A stretch of DNA of 64,000 bases, taken from the NCBI GenBank assembly GCA_030390025.1, contig CM059431.1, positions 149,918,001 to 149,982,000 on the forward strand, written 5' to 3'. The DNA is from Squalus acanthias (taxonomy: Eukaryota). The notes under the pieces are model-generated. The model saw only the letters and a list, made by a program, of their open reading frames with translations. It made no database searches and was not told where the DNA came from. Numbering within the stretch: the first letter of the stretch is position 1; each line of letters begins with the position of its first letter. A program made the position numbers and the translations under genes. This document shows positions 27,601-38,675 of the stretch, one piece after another.

Positions 27601-28829
27601 GGAGCCTAGGACGTTCCATCACTCCGCGTGGGGCTCAGTAACTCAACGAATGAGAACAACGGACTTACTACAGGCCAAGAATGGAGCCTGGGCCCATCTT
27701 ACTCTGTGTGTGGGGCACAGTACCTCACCGAGTGAGAACAACATATATACATCAGGGCAGGAAAGAAGCCTGTCCCCTTCCTGCTCTGTGTGTGGTGCTC
27801 AGTTTCACATCTGGTGAGATCAGGGAAAACACCACAGGACAGAGAATGGAGCCGAGTCCCTTCCTGCTCAGTACCTCACCGAATGAGAATAAATGATATA
27901 TCAGATGCCGGAAATGGAGCTTGTGCCCTTCCCGCTCTGTGTTGGGCTCAGTACCTCACCGAATGAGAATAACTGAAAAACCACATGCCGGAAATAGAAC
28001 CGGGGCCATCCATCTCTTTGTGGGGCTCAGTACCACACCGGGTGTTTTCAGCTGACGCACCACAGGCCGTGGAATGATCCTGGGCCCATCCTGCACTGTG
28101 TGTTGGAAACAGATCCAAACCGGATGTTATCAGTAAACTCACCAAAGACCGGGGAATGATCCTGGGCCAATCCTGCACTGTGTGTGGGGCTCCATACCAC
28201 ACCGGGCGGGAGCAGCTCAATCAGCACAGTCCGGGGATAAGGCCTGCTATCTTCCTTCTCTGTGTGTGGGGCTCAGTTGCCCACCAAAGGATAACAACTA
28301 ACATTCCACGAGCCTGGGATGGAGCCAGGCCCATTCCTCTTCTGTGTGTGGGGCCAATACCTCACCAAATGAGAACAACAGAATTACCGCAGGACCCGAA
28401 TGGCACCCGGGCCCTTCGTCCTCTGTATTTGGGGCTCAGTTAATCAGCAAATGAAAATAACTGACACATCACAGGCCTTGAATGGAGCCTGGTGCAATCC
28501 TGCACTGTGTGGGGCTCAGTACCACACCGGGTGAGTTCAGGAAACACACCACAAGCCTTGGAATGATTCTGGGCCTATCCTGCTCAGTGTGGTACTCAGT
28601 AGCACACTGGGTGGGATCAGCTAACCCATCACAGACTTGGGAATAATCGTGGGCACATCCTGCTCAATGTGTGGCTCAGTTCCAGAATGGGGGGCATTAG
28701 CTAACACGCCACAGTCTGCGGAATGATCCTGGGCCCATTCTGCTCATTCCCACCCTGGGTGAGATCAGCAAACACAACACTGGCCTGGAAATGACCTGGG
28801 CGCTTTCCGCTCTGTGTGGTGATCATGAA

Positions 28830-29315
28830 TTGATCAGTTTCTGGGAACTGTGTCAATTTACATGTGCTGGGGTAAGTGTTGCTCATCGGTCTGTTTCTGT
28901 GTGCTGGGTCTGTTTATGTGTATTAGCGTTGATGAGTTCTACCTGATTAGTTTTTGGGAACTGTGCCATTTACATGGACAGGCTTAAGTGACGGAGACTT
29001 AGTCAGCTTCTGGGAACTGTGCCATTTACATGTGCTGGGTTAGTTGTTGTTCATTGGTCAATTTATCGGTGCGGGTTCAGCTTACACGTGTTCGGTTAGG
29101 ACATGGTCAATTGGTCAGTTTCTGGGTGAAGGGTCAGTTTACGTGTATTTGTTTAGGTGATGGTCAATTGGTCATATTCTGTGTGGTGGAAACAGTTTGC
29201 CTCTTTTCAGAAAAGTAATGGCCAACTGGTCAGTTTCCGGGAACTGGGTTATTTGCATAGGCTGACTTAAGTGATGGAGATTTGATCACTTTTTGGATGA
29301 TGGTTCATTTCCCCT
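28830..29315. repeat. ~56-bp degenerate minisatellite (~9 units)
   Basis: GGTCAGTTTCTGGG(AAC/TGA)...TTTACATGTG recurs at ~28834, 28888, 28947, 29002, 29057, 29113, 29170, 29228 and 29284. Confidence 0.75.
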
Positions 29316-29339
29316 TTACCAGAGGTTCTTCCTATTTCC

Positions 29340-30360
29340 TTGGTCTGTCGCCTCTCCGTCTGTCTCCCCCGTCTGTCTCTCTCTGTCACGCACCGCCTGT
29401 CTCACGCCCCCGCCTGTCTCCTTCCGTCTCTTGTGCCCCCAGTCTGTCTCCCCCGGTTTGTCTCTGTCTCTCTCTGTAACCCCAGTCTCTCTCCTCTCCG
29501 TTTAACTTCCCCATCACTCTCTCTGTTACCAACGCACTTTCCATCACCTCCCCAACACCGTCTATCTCAATTCGTTTCTGTTCTCAAAACGTTTCACTGC
29601 CATCTGTCCCCCAACTTCTATATCGCTCTCGGTCTCCCCGGTCTGTCTTTCTCTTTGTCTTCCCCGCCTGCTCCCCGTGTCTGTCCCACTCTCTCAATCA
29701 CCCACATTTGTGCCTCTTTGTCTGTCTACTGCCACGACTCTCTCTCTCTGTGTCTCCCCCTTCTGTCTCGCCCTGTTTCTCTCATTCTCTCTTTCCCCTC
29801 TGTCTATCACTTACCCTCATCTGAATCCCAGATCCATTTCACTCCGTTTGTCTCTCTCCGTCTCATCCCGTCTGTCTCTCTCTCGCTCCCGAAATCTCCC
29901 CATGTCTGACTCAACTGACTGTCTCCCCCTGTTTGACTCTCTCTTTCTGTGCCCCAGTCTTTCACCCGCGTCTTTTTCTCCCTATCTCCCCGTCTGTCAA
30001 TCTATCTCCCTCTCTCTCTCTCTCTTCGCCCCATCTGTCTCCCTGCCGTCTGTCTCTCCTATCGGTCTCCATCTCTCTCTGTCGTACACCATCTGTCTCC
30101 CCTAGAGTTTGTCCATTCATCTCTCCCCCCTCAACCCGGTTTGTCTCACCCTCATCTGTCACTTTCTCTCTGGCTCCCATCGTATCACTCTCTCTCTCTC
30201 TCCACGCGTGACCCTCCCCGGGTCTGTCCCTCTCTCCCTAGTTGTCCCCCCATCCATGTCCAAGACCACTCTCTCCCCGTCTCCATCTCTCTCTGTCTTC
30301 CTTTTTATTTCTCTCTTTGTCTCTTCGTCTGTTTCCCCATCTTTATCTTTCTCTGCCACC

Positions 30361-30427
<67 letters not shown>

Positions 30428-30601
30428 ACTCTGATTCCCCCATCTGTTTCCCCGTCTGGCTCCCTCTTTGCCTCCCTGTCTGTCTCACACTGTCCGTCTC
30501 CTCAAACGTTTTAAATAATCTGTCTCCCCTTCTCTCTCCCCCTTCTGTCTTTTTCCATGTCTGGAGTATTTAAATCACCAGCGTCTGTCGCCACAACTCG
30601 A

Positions 30602-30645
<44 letters not shown>

Positions 30646-32834
30646 CCCATCTGTCGACTCCTTCCTGACTACACCCGTCTGTTTGCTGCTGTCTGTCGCC
30701 TCCTGCCTGTCTCCCCCCGTTTGTTACTTTCTGTCTTCAACGTGTGTTTTCCCCGTCTGCCTCACTTCTCAACCACCACGTCCTCACTTCGCCGGTCTCA
30801 CTCTCACTCTGTCCCTCCCAACTGTCTCACCCATCTGCCTCCGTTGTCTGTCTATCTCTCTCTACCTGTTTCCCCACCGTCTGTCTCCCATTTCTGTCTC
30901 CCTACATCTCTCTCTCCCTTTCTCCCAATCTGTGTTTCTCCCTACCTGACTGCACCTCATCAGTCTCCCCCGTCTGTCTCCGCCACTTTTGTTTTCCCCA
31001 TCTGTCTCTCTCTTGTCTCCTCTGGTCTGTCTCTAACTCTGTCTCGCTCCCATCTATCTCCACGTCTGGCAAGCCCCATCTTTCTGCCCCACATCTCTCC
31101 CTATCTCTGTCTCTCCCCAACTGTCTCTATCGCTTTCGCCCTCGTCTGTCTCCCAGCCGTCTGTCACCTCTCGTTTTACCCTGTCTCCTTTAAGCTGTCT
31201 TCCCCGTCTGTCACATTCTCTTATTACCCGCTGCTTGCCTTCCCTCCATTTATCTCTCTCTCTCTCTCTCTGTCTCCCTCTCTCTCTCTCTCTCTCTGTC
31301 TATCCTTCTCTACCTTGGCTGTCTCCCCCATCTGCCTCTCTCTCCATCTACCTGTCTGTCGCCCCCCTATCCCTCTCTCTCTGCCTCCCCATCTGTTTCG
31401 CTCTCTCTCTCTCTGTCTCTCCGCTCTGTCTCTCTCTTTCTTTCTCCCTGTCTGCCTCCCCAACCCTTCTGAACCCATCTCTCTCTCTCTGTTTCCCACA
31501 ATCTGTCTCTGTGTCTCTCTCTCTATGTCACACCCCCATCTATCTTCCCCCTTTCTTTCCCTCCTGACTGTCACTCTCGCTGAATTTCCCCAGTCTGTCC
31601 TCTCTCTTTCCCCCTTCTGCGTTCCTTGTCTATCACCATTCCAACTGTCTCTCTTCATCTTTTGCCCGTCTTTCTTTCCCTCTGTCTCCCAGTTTCTGTC
31701 TGACATGTCAGTCTAAGCCATGTGTCTCCTCCGTCTATTTCATCTCTCTCTCCATCAATGCTCGTCTGTCTCTCTGTTTCTGTCTCTATGTCTATATCCT
31801 CCGTCTGTCGCTCCCAGTATTTCTCTCTCTGTCTCCCATCTATTTATCTCTCTTTGTTGCCCCGTCTGTCTCCCCAGTCTGTCGCCCCAGTCTCTCTCTC
31901 TCGCTCTCTGTCTCCCCCATCTGCCACCCCTGTCTTACTCTCCCTGTCTCCATCTCTCTCTCACCATCTGACACTTTCTGTCTCCTCTACCTGTCTGCCG
32001 CCGTCAGTCTCCGTAGTCTGTCTCCCCCATCTATCTTTGTCTCTCTCAACTGTGATTCTCCCTGTCTCACACCGTCTGTCTCACACCGGTCAGTCTGCTA
32101 ACACTTCTCTCTCTCTATCAACCCCATCGACAGTCTTTCTCTCTCTGTCCACCCGTCAGGCTCACTCTCTTTCCCCGATCTGTCACCTCTCTGTTAGTCT
32201 ACACCATCTCTCCCTCTCTCTGTCTCCCTCACAATCAGTCTCTTTCTTTTTCACCCAATCTGCCTCCTGTCCGTCTGCCACCCCCCAATCAGTGCCACTC
32301 TCTGCCTCCGCACGTCTGTCTCCACGTCTGTCTTTCTCTTTCTCTCCCCGTCTGTGTCCACCCGTCTGCCTACCCTCCATTTCTATTTCTCTCTTCCCCC
32401 CTCTGTCTCTCTATCTCTCTCCATATCTCTCACTCTCTCTGTCGTCCTCGCTTGTCTACTCTATCTGTCTCCCCCCACCAGTCGCCCCGTATCTGTCTCT
32501 CTCTCTGTGCCTCCCCAATCAATATCTCTATCTGTCTCACCCGTCTGTCTCTCTCTGTCTCCCCATCTGTGATTATCTCTGTCTCCCCGCGTCTGTCTCA
32601 CAACCTTGTGTCTCCTAACCCGTTTCTCTCTCGATTACACCAACCGTCAGTTTCTCTCTTGCTGCCCTCCCATCAATTTCTGTATCCTCTCCGTCTGTCT
32701 TCCCATCTCTCTCATCCTCTCAGCCCCATATCTGTCTCCCCTTCTTTCTCGCTCTCTCACTTTCCCCTCATCTGTCTCTCTCTCTATCTCCGAACGTCTG
32801 TCTCCCCCCCTCTCTATCTCACTATCTCTATCTC

Positions 32835-32884
<50 letters not shown>

Positions 32885-33132
32885 ACACCCGTCGTGTGTC
32901 TCTTAACCCCGTTTATCTCCAGTCATATCTCTCGCACCCGGTCTGATGCTCTCCCTGTCTCCAAACATATTTCTCCCTCTACAGGTTTGTCACACTTTCT
33001 CTGGCACCCCTGTTTCTCACGCTCTGTGTGCTCGTCTGTCTCTCTAAAATAAACTGTCTGTCTCCCCCCCTGTGTCTCTAATAGTCTATCAACCCCCACT
33101 CCCACCCCCTGGTCTATCTCACACTCATCTGA

Positions 33133-33163
<31 letters not shown>

Positions 33164-33297
33164 TTGCTATCTCCTACCGTATCTCTCTCTCTCTCGCTAA
33201 ACCCATGCCTCTCCCCAGTCTCTCTCTCTCTCGGTCCCTGCCCGTCCATCTCCTTGGTGACCGTCTTCCCCGTCTTTCATTCTCTCAGTCTCCCTGA
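29340..33297. repeat. CT-rich low-complexity / complex microsatellite (TCTG, TC, CCCGTCTGTC)
   Basis: Pyrimidine-dominated plus strand for about 4 kb. Confidence 0.95.
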
Positions 33298-35095
33298 CAG
33301 GTGTAGAGGTGACAGGTCGGGAGACACAGAAAGAGACAGGTGGGCGGCAGACTGAAGGGAGACAGACAGCTTGGAGATAGACGGGGGAGACATATATTTG
33401 GGGACAGATTGGGAGTAAGAGAGAGAGACACACATGTGGGCGAGACTGATAGAGAGACGGGGATGACAGATGGAGGGAGACAGATGAGGGTGACAGCGAT
33501 AGAGAGAGAATTACAGCGGTGACAGTGAGAGAAAGAGATAAATACGGAGGGATGGATGGGACGAGAAAGAGAGTGAGACAGGTGGGGATACATATGAGTG
33601 GAGACAGAGTGAGACAGACACGGGGGACAATGCTGGCTTGAGGCAGACAGACATAGACAGTTCGGGGTGACAGACGGTCGGTGACAGAGAGAGAGAGAGA
33701 TAAACCGGCGGGTGTGGGTGGCACGGGGGTGGTCGACAGATGGTGCATGACAGAGAGAGATATATGCAGCTTGAGAAAGAGAGAGACCAACAGACCCGGG
33801 GGAGGAGAGACAGACCAACGGTGTGAGAGACTGATGGAGACAGACTGAGGGGAGACAGATGGTGGGTGACACAGAAATAGACAGATGGGGAGACAGACGG
33901 GGGAAGAAAGAAAGTGAACAGACGGTATTGAAGCAGAGAGAGAGAGAGACAGATGGTGGGGTGTTACAGATACAGGGAGACAGATGGGGTGAGACAGGTG
34001 CGAGAGACCGACAGACTGGGGAGACAGAAGCGGGAAGCAGCTCAAGACATGTGTGGGAGACAGAGTCGGGAGACAGACAGGTGGTATAGACGGTGAGATT
34101 CACATATGGGAGAGACAGAGTGAGAAAGACAGACAGGAAGACAGCCGGGTGAGACAGATGAGGGAGACAGAAGGCGGAGACAGATGAGCGGGACTTATGG
34201 GCAGACAGACTGGGGAGACAGATAGGGGAGAAAGACGTGGGAGATAGACTTAGGAGATAGCTGGGGAGACAGAGTAAGAGAGACATATGGGGGAGACAGA
34301 GTGAGAGACAGATCGCGGGGTTGAGAATCTGATGGAGATAGATGGGGGTAGACAGACGGGGTGAGACATAGAGAGAGAGAGAGAAATGCGGGAGACAGAG
34401 AAATAAACAGACAGGGTGAGTCAGGCGGGGATGCAGCCCGAGTGGGAGATGGAGCGAAAGGGTGACAGACGAGTGAGACAGGCTTTGGTGATATGAATAG
34501 GGGAAACAAAGACAGAGAGACAGTTGGGTGAGATATCAAGAGAGAAAGGCGGGGAGACTTATGTGGGGAGACAGAGTGTGAGAGAGAGAAATACGGAGCA
34601 GAATAATAGACAGACAGCCGTTGGGGGGACAGATCGTGGAGACAGATAGAGTGAGACAGAGAGGGAGAGAGACGAACGGGGAGGGAGACAGGGAGACTGA
34701 AGTGGGGAGACAGAGAGAGAGAGCGAGAGACGGAGAGACAAATAGACCGACTGACAGACAGAGGAGTGACAGACCGGGGAGAAAGATAGAGTGAGACAGA
34801 GAGATAGAGATAAACGTGTGGGACAGAGAAATAGAAAGACATGGGGAGTCAGTGGGGGAGACAATTGAAGGGGAATAGAGCGAGAGTGAGATGGGTAACA
34901 GACGGGGAGACAGACGTGGAAGACAGAGAGAGACAGATGGTGAGAAACAGACGGGGGAGACAGACGTAGGCATAAACAGAGAGAGGCAGATTATGGAGAG
35001 AGAAAGAATGAAACAGACAGGGGAAGCAGCCGTGGTGAAGACAGACGCAGAGTACTGTTGAAGGGGTAAGAGAGAGATAGAGAGTTGGTGGAGGG
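33298..35095. repeat. GA-rich complex microsatellite (same family, opposite orientation)
   Basis: GAGACAGA and GACAGACGGGG motifs. Confidence 0.95.
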
Positions 35096-36548
35096 AGCAT
35101 ACCCCTTATCCCGAAACAATGTACCATAGATCCTGAAACTCCAGCCAGGAGAACAACCTCTCAGCAGCTACCCTGTCTATCCCCTTCAGAATCTTGTATG
35201 TTTCAATGAGATCACCCCTCATTCTTCTAAACACCAGAGAGTTTTGGCCCATTCTGCACAATCTTTCAAAAAGGACAGCCCTCTCATCCCAGGAATCAAT
35301 CTAGTGAACCTTCGTTATACTGTCTCCATTGCAAGGATATCTTTCCTTAGCAAAGGAAACCAAATCAGTGCATTGTACTCCAGGTGTGGTCACACTAAGG
35401 CCCTGTACAATTATAGCAAGGCATTCTTACTCTTATACTCGAAACACTTGCGATAAAGGGCAACATACAATTTGCCTTCCTTATTGCTTGCTGTACCAGC
35501 ATGCTAGCTTTCTGTGTTTCTCGCACGAGGACACCCAACACTCTCTGAACACCAACATCTGAAAGTTTCTCAGCATTGAAAAATTATTCTGTTTTTCCAA
35601 TCTTCGCACCAAAATCAATAACCTCACATTTCACAACATTATACTCCATCTGTCATCTTACTGCCCATTCTCTTAGCATATCTATATGCCTTTGCAGGCT
35701 CTTTGTGTTCTCCTCACAGCATACTGTCCCACCTAGCGTTGGTATCATCAGCAAACTTGGATACATTACGCTCGGTTCCTTCATCTAGGTCATTAATAAA
35801 GATTGTAAATAGCTGAGTACCCAAAACTGAACCTTGCAGCACCCCAATAGTTACATCCTGCCTAACTGAAAAAGATCCGTTTATCCCTACTCTCTGTTTT
35901 CTGTCCGATAACCAATCCTTTATCCATGCTATTATATTACCCCCAACCCCATGAGTCCTAATCTTGTGCAATAACCTTTTATATGGCATCTTATCGGATG
36001 CCTTTTGGAAATCCAAATATATTACATTCACTGGTTCCCCTTTATCTACCCTGCTAGTTACATCTTCCAAAAATTCTAATAAAAGTTGTCAAACACGATT
36101 TCTTTCAAAAAACCATGTTGACTCTGCCTAATCATGTTATGCTTTTCTAAATGACTTGATACCACTTCCATTACAATGGATTCCAGAATGTTCACGTCGA
36201 CTGATGTCAGGCTAACTGGCCTGTAGTTCCCTGTTTTTTTTGTCACTCCTTTCTTGAATAGCAGTGTTACATTTGCGACCTTCCAATCCGCTGGGACCAT
36301 TCCAGATTCTAGGGAATTTTGGAAGATCAAAACCAATGCATCCACTATCTCTTCAGCCATTTCTTTTAAAGCCCTAGGATGTAGGCCGTCAGGTCCAGGG
36401 TATTTGTCAGCTTTTAGTCCCACTAATTTCTCTATTACTTTTGCTCTACTTATATTAATTACGATGCGGAGATGCCGGTGCTGGACTGGGGTGGACAAAA
36501 ATGAGAAGTCGCACAACACCATGTTATAGACAACAGATTTATTTAAAA

Positions 36549-36586
36549 TTACAAGCTTTCGGAGCTGTTTCCCCTTCGTCAGGTAA
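36549..36586 (-). ncRNA. Minimal type I hammerhead ribozyme motif, second Penelope arm
   Basis: Minus strand reads TTAC-CTGACGA-A-GGGGAAACAGCTCC-GAAA-GCT-T-GTAA. Confidence 0.65.
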
Positions 36587-38210
36587 ATGTACAATGAGTG
36601 AATCGACAGTATTACACAGTATATAAACACAGGAAGCAATGTGTCTGCAGAGATACAATCTTTCAGGGAGGCATTACATCAAAGACACACCAGAGCACAG
36701 CCAAGACAATGAGATGGGTCACAGGGGGTCCAACGCGTCAAATCCTGCCGTCTGAAGTTGAGCTTTTAACCTTGTTTTTTGTGGGGTTTTTTTAAACTGG
36801 AAAGACAGACAACGATGTCGAGTCACGTTCTGTAGCGTCACATGAACCCGATATCCCTATTGAGGCCGTCCTCAAGGGTGCATAACTTGGCTATCAGTTT
36901 CTGCTCGATGATTTTGCGTTGTCGTGTGTCTCAAAGGCCGCCTTGGAGAACGCTAACCCGTAGATCCGAGGCTGAATATCCTTGACTGCTGAAGTGTTCC
37001 CCGACTGGGCGGTAACATTCCTGCCTGGCGATTGTTGCGCGGTGTCCGTTCATACATTGTCTCAGTGTCTGCAGAGTCTCGCCGATGTACCATGCTCCGG
37101 GCATCCTTTCCTGCAACCTATCAGGTAGACAACGTTTGCCGAGTCACATGAGTACGTACCCTGTACCAGGTGGGTAGTGTCCTCACGTGTGATGATGGTA
37201 TATGTGTTGGTGATCTGGCATGTCTTGCAGATGTTGCCGTGGCAGGGTTGTGTGGTGTTGTGGTCGCTGTTCTCCTGACAATTGGGTAATTTGCTGCAAA
37301 CGATGGTACTTTTGAGGTTAGGCGGCTGCTTGAAGACGAGTAATGGAGGCGTGGGGATGGCTTTAGCAGAGAAACTACGCCATCTTCTTCGCAGCCTTCA
37401 ACATGTAATCGATGATGACGAACACCTTGCTAAGGGCATCCCCACGCCTCCACTACTCGCCTTCAAGCAGCCGCCTAACCTCAAAAGTACCATCGTTCGC
37501 AGCAAATTACCCAGCCTTCAGGAGAACAGCTACCACGACACCACACAACCCTGCCACGGCAACCTCTGCAAGACATGCCAGATCATCAACACAGATACCA
37601 TCATCACACGTGAGGACACTACCCACCAGGTACATGGTGCATACTCATGTGACTCGGCCAACGTTGTCTACCTGATACATTGCAGGATGTGATGCCCCAG
37701 AGCATGGTACTTCGGTGAGACCATGCAGACACTGAGACAATGTATGAACGGACACCGCGCAACAATCGCCAGGCAGGATTGTTACATTCCAGTCGGGGAA
37801 CACTTCAGCAGTCAAGGACATTCAGCCTCGGATCTGCGGGTTAGCATTCTCCAAGGCGGCCTTTGAGACACACGACAACGCAAAATTATCGAGCAGAACC
37901 TGATAGCCAAGTTCCGCACCCATGAGGACGGCCTCAATAGGGATATTGGGTTCATGTCACGCTACAGAACGTGACTCGACATCGTTGTCTGTCTTTCCAG
38001 TTTTAAATAAAAACACAAAAAAAAAGGTTCAAAAGCTCAACTGCAGACGGCAGGATTTGACACGTTGGATCCCCTGTGACCCATCTCATTGTCTTGGCTG
38101 TGCTCTGGTGTGTCTTTGATGCAATGCCTCCCTGAAAGATTGCATCTCTGCAGACAAATTGCTTTCTGTGTTTATATACTGTGTAATACTGTTAATCCCT
38201 CATTGTACCT

Positions 38211-38248
38211 TTACCTGACGAAGGGGCAACAGCTCCGAAAGCTTGTAA
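38211..38248 (+). ncRNA. Minimal type I hammerhead ribozyme motif in Penelope pLTR
   Basis: TTAC-CTGACGA-A-GGGGC AACA GCTCC-GAAA-GCT-T-GTAA: CUGANGA and GAAA boxes, stem II, palindromic AGCU stem III, stem I TTAC/GTAA. Confidence 0.7.
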
Positions 38249-38675
38249 TTATAAATAAATCTGTTGGACCATAACCTGGTGTTGTGTGTCTTCTCATTTT
38301 TATATTAATTACGTTAAGTTCCGCACCCTCATTAGAACCTTGGTTCCCCACCATTTTTGGTATGCTTTTTGTGTTTTCTGCTGTGAAGGCAGATACAAAA
38401 TATATGTTTAACTTTTCTGCCAATTACATATTCCCCATAATATTTTCTCCTGTCTCAGCCTCTAAGGGACCAACGTTTACTTTTGCTACTCTTTACCTTT
38501 TTACATACTTGTAAAAACTCTTACAATCTGCTTTGCTATTTCTTGCTAGTTTTCTCTCATATTCTATTTTTTCCATTTTTTCTATTTGTGGGTCAGCCGT
38601 TGCTGGTTTCTGAAACTCTCCCAATCCTCAGGCATACTATTATTATTTGCAACATAATAGGCTTCTTCTTTCAAT

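Larger units (their letters stand above)
2927..28830. repeat. Large 80/82-bp satellite array (roughly 260-270 diverged monomers, estimated from length) with higher-order structure
   Basis: Type B is 80 bp (TGGAAT[G/T]ATC at 3481, 3561, 3641, 3721): CCACAGGCCGTGGAATGATCCTGGGCCCATCCTGCTCTGTGTGGGGCTCAGTACCACACTGGGTGAGATCAGCTAACACA. Type A is 82 bp (GAATGGAGCC at 18111, 18193): CCACAGGCCGGGAATGGAGCCTGGGCCCTTCCTGCTCTGTGTGTGGGGCTCAGTACCTCACCGAATGAGAACAACTGACATA. Confidence 0.97.
36464..38299. mobile_element. Penelope-like element, two 5'-truncated GIY-YIG/pLTR copies in inverted orientation, 14-bp TSD
   Basis: PCHGNLCKTC...NVVYLIHC...WY(I/F)GET..LRQCMNGH (GIY-YIG endonuclease). Arms ~36497-37368 (-) and ~37428-38299 (+). 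TTATATTAATTACG at 36450-36463 and 38300-38313. Confidence 0.93.
35100..38675 (-). mobile_element. Degenerate 5'-truncated CR1 LINE (RT region), split by the Penelope insertion
   Basis: GPDGLHPR, NYRPVSLTS, YLDFQKA, QGSVLG and FADD motifs, with frameshifts. The peptide EGAELNVINI|SRAKVIEKL is interrupted at 36463/38300. Confidence 0.93.

Noticed and set aside
2927..28830. CRISPR-like repeat/spacer array
   Set aside because: Monomers are contiguous and homologous over their whole length, with no unique spacers and no cas genes, in a vertebrate context.
2590..28900. Many 60-166 aa ORFs in the satellite
   Set aside because: The 80/82-bp period is not a multiple of 3, the same peptides recur in all frames, and stops are frequent.
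29282..35127. Long Ser/Leu/Pro- or Arg/Glu-rich ORFs (also 40839-41858, 46079-47905, 60609-62661)
   Set aside because: Artefacts of stop-poor CT/GA low-complexity DNA.
36464..38299. DNA transposon with long terminal inverted repeats
   Set aside because: The arms encode a GIY-YIG domain and a pLTR hammerhead typical of Penelope retroelements, and there is no transposase.
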